NCBI GenBank assembly: GCA_002633005.1
Contig: NMRA01000656.1
Coordinates: 116,289-180,288 of the forward strand
DNA: 64,000 bases
Direction: 5' to 3'
From: Phoronis australis
Taxonomy: Eukaryota > Animalia > Phoronida
This document shows, one piece after another, positions 34,301-43,400 of this stretch (position 1 is the first letter of the stretch; the number at the start of each line of letters is the position of its first letter). Made by a program: the position numbers and the translations under genes. The notes below the pieces were generated by a model. It was not told the DNA's origin. It did no database searches and saw only the letters and a list, made by a program, of their open reading frames with translations.

Positions 34301-36813
34301 TTTCCAACTTTTTTTGACTGCAGTCTAAGATACCGTAAAATCTCACCAACTCATCAAAAATAACCGCCAAAATAAGCTCTTCTTTCATTTTTCAAGGGCC
34401 TTTTAACTTCGTGGTCTCAGTTTTTTTCTGAAAATTGTACGACAGTATGGTACAGAACTTGAACAAGCATTAACTTGTTGTCACTGTCTCTCATGGGAAA
34501 ATCAGAAAATAAATCCCTCTTGTCCGCCGTATTGTGCCCTAAACTGGTGAGATTGTACAGTACAAGTCGAATGCTCTCTAGAGAGCCTGGTGCAAGGTGA
34601 GCAAAATGGGTCTACATGTCACACCTCAAGAAACTTCTGGAATGCACCCTTAGTCTGTTCATAGTGTTCTATCAGTTCCTTTGATTTTGTGTAGTTCTTC
34701 ACATAACTCATGTAGCTGTCTTTAACCGTCTTCTTGGAGAACTGAAAAAACACCACATGGACATCAATAGGACAGTAAAAATACCCAGCTTGACTTACGC
34801 TAACAAGATTTGCATGCAAGTGGACCAAAAAGCGTGTTCTGTTTACCCCAGAGAATCCAGTGAATTCCTCAGCACGTCAAAGGTTTGATGGTGTCATCAC
34901 GGATTAAAGTGAGCTAGTCACTATTCATGGGCTTGCTTGAATGTGTTGGATGAGATAATTGTGATCGTAAACCAACACGCCTGTTTAGTGTAGGGTTTCC
35001 AAGTCAAATACAAGACAATAAGTAAGGCAAATGACCAACGTAACTATTTTTAAAATTGAAAAGTGAATAGTAGCCATCTTTGAATGTTTAAAATCAATGC
35101 ATTATAAGAGCAATTATCTAATAGATTTTCTCACCATCGGGACAAAGCCACGAGCATTAATTTGTTAGGACGGCCTAGTCACAGCTGGCTTAGGCTCACT
35201 TGGGCATGAGGTAAGAAAAAACTCAGAAGTTAGCGTAGGAGTTGTCACATGAAAACATTTTAATTACCTCAAAGGACATTTATTGCAACAAAAATTAAGC
35301 TTTGCTCTAGGTTTCCAATAAATTCATCCCAACTAAATTTATCAATTCAAAACAATATCCCATGCAATAAAATAATAAGGTTCTACAATCGAAACTTAAA
35401 ATGGTAACGTTTCTGTAAATTTCTCTTCTTCAACTTGACAAACAGAAACTTGTCAGAAAAGAGTTCATTGTACTCACCGTGTTGACAACAATGTCACCAA
35501 TAGTTGTTTGCTGAGACCAGTTTTTTACCTCCTTTGACAGGAGAGACAGGAAGACAGCATGGTGGTTGAAGATCTCGGGAATTCGAATGTTGTAGAACAT
35601 CTCATTGACGATGGCTGGGTCAAGGATAGTACCCCCCTTGAGAGGTACCACGTATTCCTAAAATTAAAGTGGAACTTGCAGGCTAATTCCTCGTCTCTGT
35701 GATTGCTTGGCCAAATTACTTAGAAATTCATTTTGAGATGATGTATAAAAAAATTCCAATTTTTTAAGAATGAGTTTTGTGGTGAAAATGATCCACGGCA
35801 AACCACTGAACCGTGTCCAGTAAGTGTCACGACGTGGTGTTGGGGAATAACACTGCAAGGTATGTCATTAGTGCAAAGGTCACCTATTTGCAGAATTTTT
35901 TGTTTTCACATTTACAAGTCGTCAATGAATACAACTGCACTTTGCTTAGTGTAGATCGCGTTAAAACAGCATTGTCATCTAGTTCCATGCTAATATATCT
36001 TTGAGCATGTACACTAGGAATGTTTAAGCAAGTATAAAGTGTGCAGTAAAGATTCCCTATTGTGGGACACAAAAAACTTGTTGGAAACACTCTCAATTCA
36101 AAAACCACATTTTCCTCCATGAAAGCAAACTCACCTGATGAGAAGTTAAATAAATGGTGGTTTTTCATTTTTTCTACACAAAAAATGACAAATCTCTCAA
36201 TTTTCTATTCATAAAAGACTACCTTACTATAAATAATTTTCACAAAGTGGTGTTCTTAAGAAGCTGTGCAGTACAAACCATATGTTAGTAATAGGATACA
36301 ATTTGCTTCTTATTTTTGTAGCTAAATTTGAGAAAATGAAGTTCTACTGGTCCATCCAATCATGAGCTGATCATATGAAATGTTACAATACAGTGATATC
36401 CACGCTCATCCTGAATTCAACTCCACTGTTTTGAGGTAGAAAAATGCTTCCAATAATTGACTGTGAACTCTGAGCAGAGTACATATAAAGAATGATTTAT
36501 CACACCCCTTCACCTTGGCAATCTGTTTCACATTAGCATTACAATTCACATTGAATCAGTAAAACCTTTTGGCATCAGAATAACAAATGCCACCAGGCTA
36601 TTCCAGATGTAAAATAGCAATGAACACCATAGCAGTACCTAATACAAGTGCCCTGCTTGCACAGCACTGAGCACAAACACTGCATTCAGGACAGCACTTC
36701 GCTATTTCAAGACAGGCGTATTGTCATTACATTACCTGAAACAAGACGGACATGTTGTCCACATATTCCTGCTCAACCTTGGCCAACTCTGAGACAATGT
36801 GGTACCTCTTGTC
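10095..36813 (-). CDS. ARHGEF17: Rho guanine nucleotide exchange factor 17-like (TEM4/p164-RhoGEF): DH-PH-beta-propeller; 5'-partial gene span, 18 distinct exons, ~894 aa
   Basis: Exons join in consistent phase with GT-AG sites. Diagnostic peptides include KTRAGMQFSCACP, IIRQHKTACLKITALLAVKDLLWVGTSAGVILT, GHTGHVRFLT and C-terminal SGGDGFEDFR...DSTNHLLLWKV*, matching ARHGEF17. Confidence 0.93.
10876..11049 (-). CDS. ARHGEF17: ARHGEF17 exon (beta-propeller)
   Basis: ttccag|CT GCC GAT ... ACA G|gtaag; ADDIIRQHKTACLKITALLAVKDLLWVGTSAGVILTIPLPK... Confidence 0.95.
11797..11977 (-). CDS. ARHGEF17: ARHGEF17 exon (copy A of duplicated 181-bp exon)
   Basis: tttgacag|CAG TCA TTC ... CAG A|gtatgt; QSFQVNSEASQQPVLSMALSRQGVCAIALQGSLKVSLYHATRYEHLMDVSIAQAVGQKLQ; NAGNAG acceptor (alternative start 11974). 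Confidence 0.85.
12266..12414 (-). CDS. ARHGEF17: ARHGEF17 exon (copy A of duplicated 149-bp exon)
   Basis: ttacag|AG GGT TGC ... ACT GAG|gtaat; GCWDKNRYRTIPIGTLTTPVTRMLSVTGKLWCSRGSEILILEPDSCNTE. Confidence 0.85.
13422..13602 (-). CDS. ARHGEF17: ARHGEF17 exon (copy B of duplicated 181-bp exon)
   Basis: Same peptide as 11797-11977; donor gtaagt. Confidence 0.85.
13857..14005 (-). CDS. ARHGEF17: ARHGEF17 exon (copy B of duplicated 149-bp exon)
   Basis: Same peptide as 12266-12414, with one synonymous Ser change (AGC vs AGT). Confidence 0.85.
14616..14879. mobile_element. hAT-like MITE
   Basis: Imperfect TIRs CATGCGAGAACCTAG / CTGGGTGCGCGCATG, with subterminal GGGGGGCTCG / CGAGCCCCCC; 8-bp TSD only partly conserved. 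Confidence 0.6.
15047..15310 (-). CDS. ARHGEF17: ARHGEF17 exon (beta-propeller)
   Basis: ttccag|AG GGT GAC ... GAA G|gtatgt; ...KSTMWLGTDDGYIHIFPCSENIKVTKNKLRIAHSTAVLYMMYYDHKVYVSLSNGDLIIYERTE. Confidence 0.94.
15824..15975 (-). CDS. ARHGEF17: ARHGEF17 exon (acidic/Ser-rich linker)
   Basis: ctgcag|G AAA GCC ... TCT G|gtaag; KASRRIQQPPRKASDMAFNQTISMESTDFSDEDDSSSSDDESSIRLQLPS; phases match neighbours. Confidence 0.85.
16640..16919 (-). CDS. ARHGEF17: ARHGEF17 exon (start of propeller region)
   Basis: ctctccattgtag|CC TCA TTA ... AAA CG|gtaat; SLTDRLPPVFMQYLPITKTRAGMQFSCACPIDG...VWVCNSDGYVGHMCLLSL... Confidence 0.92.
17746..17927. mobile_element. PIF/Harbinger-like MITE (~180 bp)
   Basis: CTG|GGGTCCGTTCCAACAAAACTGA ... 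TCAGTTTTTTGGAACGGACCC|CAG: ~25-bp TIRs with CWG-type flanks; interior has repeated CTTAAG/CTTAA motifs. Confidence 0.75.
18481..18572 (-). CDS. ARHGEF17: ARHGEF17 exon (end of PH-like region)
   Basis: ttatag|G GAG GGC ... CTT T|gtaagt; EGIPNCTVQFSSSDKRSSWEQCLSETKQKL; not in the ORF track; phases 2 and 1 fit neighbours. Confidence 0.88.
19462..19577 (-). CDS. ARHGEF17: ARHGEF17 exon
   Basis: ttcttag|GCT CTG GAT ... ACG TT|gtaagt; ALDDMVRDLVNTVNNKLTEYELRSPPLDLTKLEIIFNT. Confidence 0.88.
20083..20421. repeat. Diverged ~177-bp tandem duplication (intronic)
   Basis: TTTGGCT(G/A)TGATTAA...GAACTTTCATTATCT...AAAAAGAAGTAGACCATAAAACAT...AACATTACTT...GATAGAAT...AAAATTATC at ~20083-20245 and ~20260-20421. 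Confidence 0.75.
20454..20566 (-). CDS. ARHGEF17: ARHGEF17 exon
   Basis: ttcccag|CT CCC GAT ... CAC CAG|gtcaga; PDTLTRKRAKDKDVLEEDLETLKSVSEAVEKLHCDHQ. Confidence 0.87.
20925..21013 (-). CDS. ARHGEF17: ARHGEF17 exon (PH-like region)
   Basis: ttgtag|A AAA TCA ... AAC T|gtaagt; KSPTGQDFIENCKQKILQRASVEDVEVYN. Confidence 0.85.
21561..21640. mobile_element. ~80-bp palindromic MITE, copy 1 (copy 2 at 53078-53160)
   Basis: CAGG...TTTTGAGAACCAGTTT...AAACTGGATCTCAAAAT...CCTG hairpin; homologous copy at 53078-53160. Confidence 0.6.
22010..22113 (-). CDS. ARHGEF17: ARHGEF17 exon (PH-like region)
   Basis: tttag|GGT AAA AAA ... TTA TT|gtaagt; GKKDQCCIWTFSDMVVLTTIKRRTGPVNKRTSIL. Confidence 0.9.
23580..23790 (+). 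repeat. Interspersed repeat fragment (homologous to ~40130-40430)
   Basis: Shared core ACCAATCT...GACCATGTCTTTTTAGTAAAATTTA..A.AAAGG...ATTGTGAA...TACAATGT; boundaries approximate. Confidence 0.55.
23830..23880 (-). CDS. ARHGEF17: ARHGEF17 51-bp exon (start of PH-like region)
   Basis: ttcacag|TTG GCA ... GTT CTG|gtgagt; LAVPERTYLRHDVVQVL. Confidence 0.88.
24906..25073 (-). CDS. ARHGEF17: ARHGEF17 exon (end of DH domain)
   Basis: tttcag|CGT CTT CTG ... TCT GAT|gtaag; RLLKSTSDDHPDKHNIEEAIRVIDRLASTINCDEGEKEGDPHNTLKKIEELLSVSD. Confidence 0.93.
25774..25893. repeat. Nested inverted repeat / 21-bp hairpin
   Basis: 25798-25818 CAGAGAATGGATGCCAGGATG pairs with 25836-25856 CATCCTAGCATCCATTCTCTG (20/21). 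Outer arms GCTTTATTCAG/CTGAATAAAGC and CATCCACC/GGTGGATG. Confidence 0.8.
26944..27049. repeat. ~50-bp tandem duplication
   Basis: ATTACTGTGAATAGCAAA(CTTA)AGGTAT.TCTGACATGCTGCTC.GCTGG.TGT x2. Confidence 0.8.
31451..31975 (+). mobile_element. Helentron-associated (HINE/DINE-1-like) non-autonomous element, copy 1
   Basis: Internal AAAATTGCCACT repeats, GGAGATACAGCAGT core, 3' CCCAC...GTGGG hairpin (31944-31964) then A-run; homologous to ~37430-38247. Family assignment is inference. Confidence 0.5.
32297..32428. repeat. 65-bp near-perfect tandem duplication
   Basis: GAATGAGTATGGGTGGCAGTGATATGCGAAGTAGATCCGTCTTCGCTATGTGACCA(G/A)CCAAAGTT x2. Confidence 0.9.
33174..33617. mobile_element. PIF/Harbinger-like MITE (~440 bp), copy 1
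   Basis: ~55-bp TIRs CCAGTGCCCAGTTGCATGAAACAGTACCAAATAGGGACTCAACTAAG / CTTAGCCGAGTCCCTATTTGGGACTGTTTCGTGCAATCGGGCACTGG; inverted copy at 55447-55868. Confidence 0.75.
33700..33792 (-). CDS. ARHGEF17: ARHGEF17 exon (DH conserved region 3)
   Basis: ttctag|CAA GTA ... TTG AGG|gtaag; QVQKGNRRRHGWKDLIIQPSHRIPRYGLLLR; phase 0-0; not in the ORF track. Confidence 0.9.
34625..34741 (-). CDS. ARHGEF17: ARHGEF17 exon (DH domain)
   Basis: ttttcag|TTC TCC AAG ... CTT GAG|gtgtga; FSKKTVKDSYMSYVKNYTKSKELIEHYEQTKGAFQKFLE. Confidence 0.92.
35478..35657 (-). CDS. ARHGEF17: ARHGEF17 exon (DH conserved region 2)
   Basis: ttttag|GAA TAC GTG ... AAC ACG|gtgagt; EYVVPLKGGTILDPAIVNEMFYNIRIPEIFNHHAVFLSLLSKEVKNWSQQTTIGDIVVNT. 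Confidence 0.93.
36736..36813 (-). CDS. ARHGEF17: ARHGEF17 exon (DH conserved region 1; first identifiable exon)
   Basis: ttttcag|GAC AAG AGG ... TTT CAG|gtaatg; DKRYHIVSELAKVEQEYVDNMSVLFQ; 78 bp, phase 0-0. Confidence 0.9.
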
Positions 36814-37429
36814 CTGAAAACAACACCATACAAATCAATACAAGCAAGGACTACCTTCAGGGTCAGCAATAGAGGGACATGTACATAGAACTAACCGAAG
36901 CTAAGAAAAAAAACTTTCAAATGAAACACCAGTCTTCTAGGATATGAAAAATGTGAAACAGAATTCCAACTTGAAACAATCTAAGATAAAATCTCGCCAA
37001 TTTCAGAAAAAAATAATTGACACAATTGATTTTTCCTATTTTTCAAACGCATCTTACATTGTTGTGAATGCCTACAATTTCTCAAAATGTTTTCTTGCGG
37101 CAGCTACGGTAGAGTGCTTCACAATTGTAATGTAAAGCATTGACATGTGCCAACGACTGCATCGCAAACTGTGTGCTTCTAGGGATGTCTGGTAGTATCA
37201 TATAAGAGGCCACTAGGTGAAGCATCAAACTTGTTTGAAATTGGAAAGGTGTCATCTCTCTAACACAAAACTGTTTCGGGGAAAATACTATACATCAAGG
37301 AACTTCAGATACTGAGGCAAACCTAAAAATTGCTTATGGGAGGCCTAACAAATCTGTCCACGTGTTGTCAAGTTAATAGGAAGACACCAAATTGTGACCT
37401 TGCTAAGGGTTTAATAGATACATCCCTAA

Positions 37430-38247
37430 ATGCAAAACATGGCACTAGGGGTCACTACAGTAGTTTGACCTCAGTTAGTCGTGCTCTTGTCGGTGGGATA
37501 ACATCTGCCAATTTTCATTACAACGCTCTGTGTCGTTTGGCACATACAAAAGCAGACAAACAAAAATAAGACTGAGAGAAAATTAAAATGGCCACTACTA
37601 GGTGGCGCAGAATGCATCAAATCCATCCCAAATTGAAAGAGTGCTGTCATCTTCATAATAGAAATTTTTGTTTGCCAAATTTCATGGAAAAATAAAAAGG
37701 AACTCCATGTTAGCAAGTAGCAGCATATATTAATATTTAATAAAAACAACCACGGTTTTAAGTCGATTTGACATGTTTTGGTGTCATTTATTCAAACACC
37801 ATCATCAGAAGAGATAATACAGTGGCCACCTAGCTAGGCCCAGCAACAAGTAATGAAGCACAGATACAGTCAGTTACAGAGAGTGACAAGGAACTCTAAA
37901 CATACAGAGACAAATATAAAAACTAAAATTGCCACTAAGGGGCACAGGTGTAGTCAGAGCTGTCCAAAAATTAGCGGGCAGCCGGGCGACTTGTCTCATT
38001 TACAGGAGAACACCTTTACTCCGAGGATAGAGGCAAACATAAAAAATTAAAATTGCCCCTAAGGGACACACCGACAATCAGATTCGAACGAAAAGTCACC
38101 CATGCCATCCCATCTAAGAGAAGGATGTATCTGCAAAATTTCATGAACATACACAAAGTGATTTTGGAGATACAGCAGTAGACACTAGACAGACAGACAG
38201 GGATGACAGCATAATGTGCCCACATATAGTATGTGGGTGCATAAAAA
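37430..38247 (+). mobile_element. Helentron-associated (HINE/DINE-1-like) element, copy 2
   Basis: Repeated (AAAATT)GCCACTA.G units, GGAGATACAGCAGTAGAC, (GACA)n, 3' hairpin CCCACATA-TAG-TATGTGGG (38219-38237) then ATAAAAA; 5' boundary uncertain. Confidence 0.5.
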
Positions 38248-38390
38248 TGGTATTATTTGCTGATTACTTATCTTTCACGGAAAATAACAAATGACAAAAT
38301 TTCTTTTACAGCAATTTTTGTTACAGAATATGTAGTTCCATAATGTGCATCCTTTTTGCAATAATCTGTTATACATAATGGTTCACCTTC

Positions 38391-38418
38391 CACACACACA
38401 CACACACACACACACACA
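38391..38418. repeat. (CA)n microsatellite
   Basis: About 14 CA units. Confidence 0.9.
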
Positions 38419-40129
38419 AGAGCAAATAACGCCCATCCAGCACAGAGACACACTTGCACAGACACCAATTGAATACACAGCACTATGCACATGGCTCTCC
38501 CCAAGGCATTCTTTCAAAAAACCTGAACAGCTTGTACAGGCACACCTAATCACACAACTAATGGTTATTTCTAAACTGAATGAAAATGGTGATGGATGGG
38601 TTGGATACATTCCTGAATCCCTCTCATTTAACCACCAACAGTGCATTCAAGCTAGATAGACTAAAAGTACATGCTTACACATTTTACTCAGAAATTCCGC
38701 AGAACCGTGTCTTACATACTTTTTCATTCTTTTTAGAAATGTCGAAATAAAATATTTCCATTCACTACTCATAATGAAAAGTTTGGTAATTCACTCTGCA
38801 TTCTTAACAAAAATGTTATAATTTAATCCGTTTTTAACTATTTGGCCTTTTTAGTATTGTTCCGACAGATTTCAACTAATCTATTTTAAAGACCATATAT
38901 TTTCATATTTATACATATACCAATTAATAATAATTTATTATAAAGACAATTTGTTTATACATTATCTTTATCTTTGTTTACACATTTCAATACTCTTTAT
39001 CTTTTTTATTAGCTATAATTGTAGTTTCTTTGTCAAGTGTTTTGGTGAGTGGCTGAAAACATTGGTTTGTGTGGCACTGTAACTTTCAAAGTGTCACTTA
39101 AAATACAATATCAAGTAACAATGGAAACAATAAAAGAAAAGTTGCTCAATACATGTGATTCAGTTAGATGCCTTTGTATTGGCTTAAGGCAGAAATCCCA
39201 AATTCAAGATTCGTGGCAATTTTTGCACAATAGTTTTAGTTGAGGAATGCTTGGCCATAAGACTGATGACACAGACATACAGATGAAATTGAGAAGCACA
39301 AATTTCTAGCATTTAGGGCTGGTTATTTTTCAGCTAGTTTCCTTCAGGAGTTGTAACATAACTTTGACAAAACCAGACGAATTTCGAGGAATTTCGTCAA
39401 TTATTTTTGAAAACTACAGCACGGCATATAGTATTGTTCCTAACAATCTGAATTTCATAACTTGGCATTTTTAGGATAGAATAAGGGATGGCATACCCTT
39501 GAAATTAAACCAGGCTTATCACACAATGATGATATATGCAAGCACTTAAAAAACAAGTTGAAGTACTTGAAGTCTAGAAACTGACACTGACGCAGTAAGA
39601 AGTGTACATATGGTCACTGATGCCAGGCAAAGCCAGGCCAACTATGGAACTGGTAATAGATAACGCAGGTAGAAATATTGATACTTTACTCAATGATAGA
39701 TATCGGTCAAGCACCATCTCAAGGAACGTGCCATAAACTCAGATGCCCAGGCACCAGTTGTTAGCGTGTGCGTCACCATGAAGAACAGCACTGTGTTCTG
39801 TGATGTACAAATTTCAACACATATTTTATGGGGATTAGGGTAAATGTACTAACGATGGTATTCCCATGTGCAGGGATGAGACATAATGAAAAAGAGGTTT
39901 TAACGGATACCAGAACTTCATTGGATTCATATACCAAGAATCAATTTAGGGGAATGACACACGCTGGTCAAGTTTTATAACGAGCGGTGAAATGTACCTG
40001 TATCCCGTATCCCGCAATGCAGGAAGACGAAATGTGGTTTTTGACTGACGCCATAAATTCATCGGCTTGTAACAAACATTGAAAACAGCACTCCAGGTGC
40101 AGAGAGGAGATGGACTGAAAGGCTGTGTA

Positions 40130-40430
40130 CGACCTTATTCACAAGTCTGCGTACTAAGCCATATATCTACAAAACATTGGATTTCAACCAATCAAAAGTG
40201 AATATTTTCTGAAATCCTGCACAATTGGATTTCAACCAATCAAAAGAGAATATTTTCAGAAATCCTGCACAATTGGATTTCTCACTTAAGACCAATCTGC
40301 CATAAATTTTGTCCCGAGACCATGTCTTTTTAGTAAAATTTAGCAAAGAAAGGTAGTCATTGTGAAGCAACGACATGAGTAACATGACTAAATTTCATTT
40401 GATACAATGTGCAGCTTTTTAATGGATACT
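40130..40430 (+). repeat. Interspersed repeat with internal 48-bp tandem (homologous to 23580-23790)
   Basis: ATTGGATTTCAACCAATCAAAAG.GAATATTTTC.GAAATCCTGCACA x2.2 (40176-40280), followed by the shared GACCATGTCTTTTTAGTAAAATTT core. Confidence 0.6.
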
Positions 40431-43400
40431 TCACCACCACGATGTTGTGATTTAAAACCATCATCTCACTGTGCTATCATTTATAAAAAATATGATTCAC
40501 ACAACAGTGTCTGTCTCGAAATGTCCACGTATGAAAGACAATGCGTTCCATCCCTGTAAACTCGACCTATCTTGTACATGACCAAAGTTTGAAACTGGGT
40601 CATGTAAGAGATGATCTCATGCTCTCAACACCTTAAAGAATTACAGGTGGGACATGTTTGCTAGTACAGTGTATTGTGATTAGAGTGGGCACAACTTTGG
40701 AAAATTGAAAGACAAAAATGCAAATTTTAAGGTGTTGAAAATTTTAACATAAGGTCTTGGCTACCATGTTCAAACTATCAGGTAAAAACTACTGATATCA
40801 GTAGTGGATATAGGTTGTGCAAACAGGGTCACTCAAACCACAACTGTCAAAATGGAATTTTCGAGCAGTATGTTTGCGGTATTGTTTGTCGCGTTTTTAG
40901 GGACCTCCTATATCCAGTTATGGACATGCGAGTACAGCAATAAGACAAAATACAGCAACAGTAAAAATGATTGGCAACCAAATCGTTACTTAGGCAGAAT
41001 CCTAATTACGGAATAACACTTCTACTTTGCTAACTTTTCAATAAATAACAGATGGCCACTACGTCTCTTGGGCCAAGCTAAACTGATGGGGAATTCCGTT
41101 TCATTTTCTCTGATTACTTTTTGCGTGTACCGTAGCTGGGGACAGTATTTACACCGGGCACTCTTGCACTAAGCTTTTCTAATAATTCAAATCACTTAAG
41201 AGCTGACGCTAGATAAGATACTGTCAGATCAAGGTGTTAAAATCTGATGAATTAATCATCTAAAGATTGCTTTAGTTTGCTTTACACAAAGACAGTGTGG
41301 GCAGTGAACAAAGGCTTTTTCCCCAAATGTGCGCAAACTAGTGATAACAAACGTAGGGATCATTTTAGAACACAGGGATCCAGTCAATTGATCACATGAC
41401 CTTAAATCTTATGAACCAATTTTTAGGACCTATGGATCACTAGTCAAATGACTCTGACCTTTTCTGAATCGATTTTGGGAGTGATTTTGTCCATTACGTT
41501 AAGTGACTTGTGAACACTCTGAACAGCTAACTGCATATCAATTTAACTGAACACATAGATAGCAGCGATCTTCAATTTTGCAATATGCTACCACACATTG
41601 CTAGGATGGTTGTTATCAACTCTGCATTTTAGTTGCATTAGATTCTGAATGCAATGTGCACTATTCAAGACAAAATCGAGCGAAATAGTGACCGTTTCAG
41701 CGCGTGTCTATTGGCCCAAAGAGGGTCAATGAAATTTCATGTGCCTCTGACACTGGCCTCACGCCTTACATTATCCCTGCAAGCATCTATGATACATGGG
41801 GGAATATCCATATGCGTCGCTGTCACTCTGGCGCAGGCCTTCAATAAGCCACTTGGGAGTGGGGGCGGGGGGGGGGGGGTGGTTCAAGGTAAAGTATTCA
41901 GGTTTACCCTAATTAACACAATCTCCTCTTTCAGAGATTAAAGATTAAGAGGACAGGCAGAGTTTAACCCTTCAGCATCAAAGCAAACCCTTTCAGTTAA
42001 CATCCTAACAATTTCTAAATAAACAGTCACTCTCCAGCCATATTGCGATGTAATTTTAAGAGTTTCTCCATTTCTTTCAATGGTCGGTAGACGGACACGT
42101 GGTGTTTTGTATTTTACCTACCTCAGAAACTCAACACCTAACTTTATTATCTCATGATTCCGCCACAGACTCTTTATACTGGGATAATGTCGGCTCATCA
42201 GGAGATACAACAAAGGTTAATTTCTAAAAAATTCCAGATGTTTGTCAACCGCAGTAATTTTGGATGATCACGACAAAAACATTTCAACTTTTTTCTAAAT
42301 GATCTAATACCACGTTCACTAGCTAACTAGAATACTAGTAATTTTACTAACACTTTTGCTAATACAGGTTACAAGTGTCACATTTACTGGCACTATACTG
42401 ATGATCATGAGCTGTCCCAGGACTGCTGGTATTTTTGCTAGCATTCCAGTAAACTGATTGACTACTTCCGTCAGAGGACACACTAAATGACCCCTTCGCT
42501 GACAGTTTGTCCATCTGGCTAAAACTCTAACACTTTCGCAACAATTTTAGCTAGTGAAACTGCTCATGTTTTCTCCACTGATACAGATACGTAACAATGC
42601 CACAGCACCCACACTACAATAAACCGACTGACAACTCGTTCCAGGTTTGACTTGTTCTAGTGTAATTCGTAATGTGGAAAACACTTCAGGACTAGCAGTG
42701 GCGTGGATGCTACTTGCGCTGGAGCAGCTAGACGTCACCTGATTGAGGTAGGGTAACTTGTTCCGGGGTAACATGCCCCAGCGTGGGTAGTAGTGTGGAC
42801 GCAAACCTGCAGACAAGGCTGAAGTAAGTAATAACCAGCTGTGAGCTGCATCACATCAGTTACAGTCACACTGGGGTGTCTCGTCATTTGTGCACGATAC
42901 TTGTCGCATGGCAAAGGTCGTGGACACTTGGCTGAACAGGAGGGGGAGGTGGGGGCAGGGAGTAGCTCTAACTCTTGTGGACATGACTTAAGGTAGTCTA
43001 TCTAACAAAAAATTCGTAAATACTACTCCTTCTTCATTAACCTGAATCAGTCTTCATGCGAATGATCACAACACACATCAATATAAACACCCTGAACATT
43101 ATATAGCATGAGATCTGAATCTTCTGCATCAAACACTATATGTTTTACAAAGTGAAAACAAAAAACAACTGAACCACTGGATTGGGCAAACATGAGACAT
43201 GTGATTAGCCTTAGGGGTGCAGATCGGTCCTGCAGGTACGAGGTTATTTCACCATTAAACCTTGTTATCTCTGATTAAAACTTGACACCTTCAATGTGAT
43301 ATCAATTGTTTAATCATTGAATAGCAGAGCCAAAACTTGGCCCCCTCAGCAACACCCCTGTTGAAGACAAGGATGAACCTCATCTTATCACTGCTGCCAG

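Noticed and set aside
42547-42990. GC-richer segment with open frames as a possible upstream ARHGEF17 exon
   Set aside because: Frames are short or stop-interrupted, there is no clear phase-0 donor and no recognisable homology; cannot be supported without RNA data.
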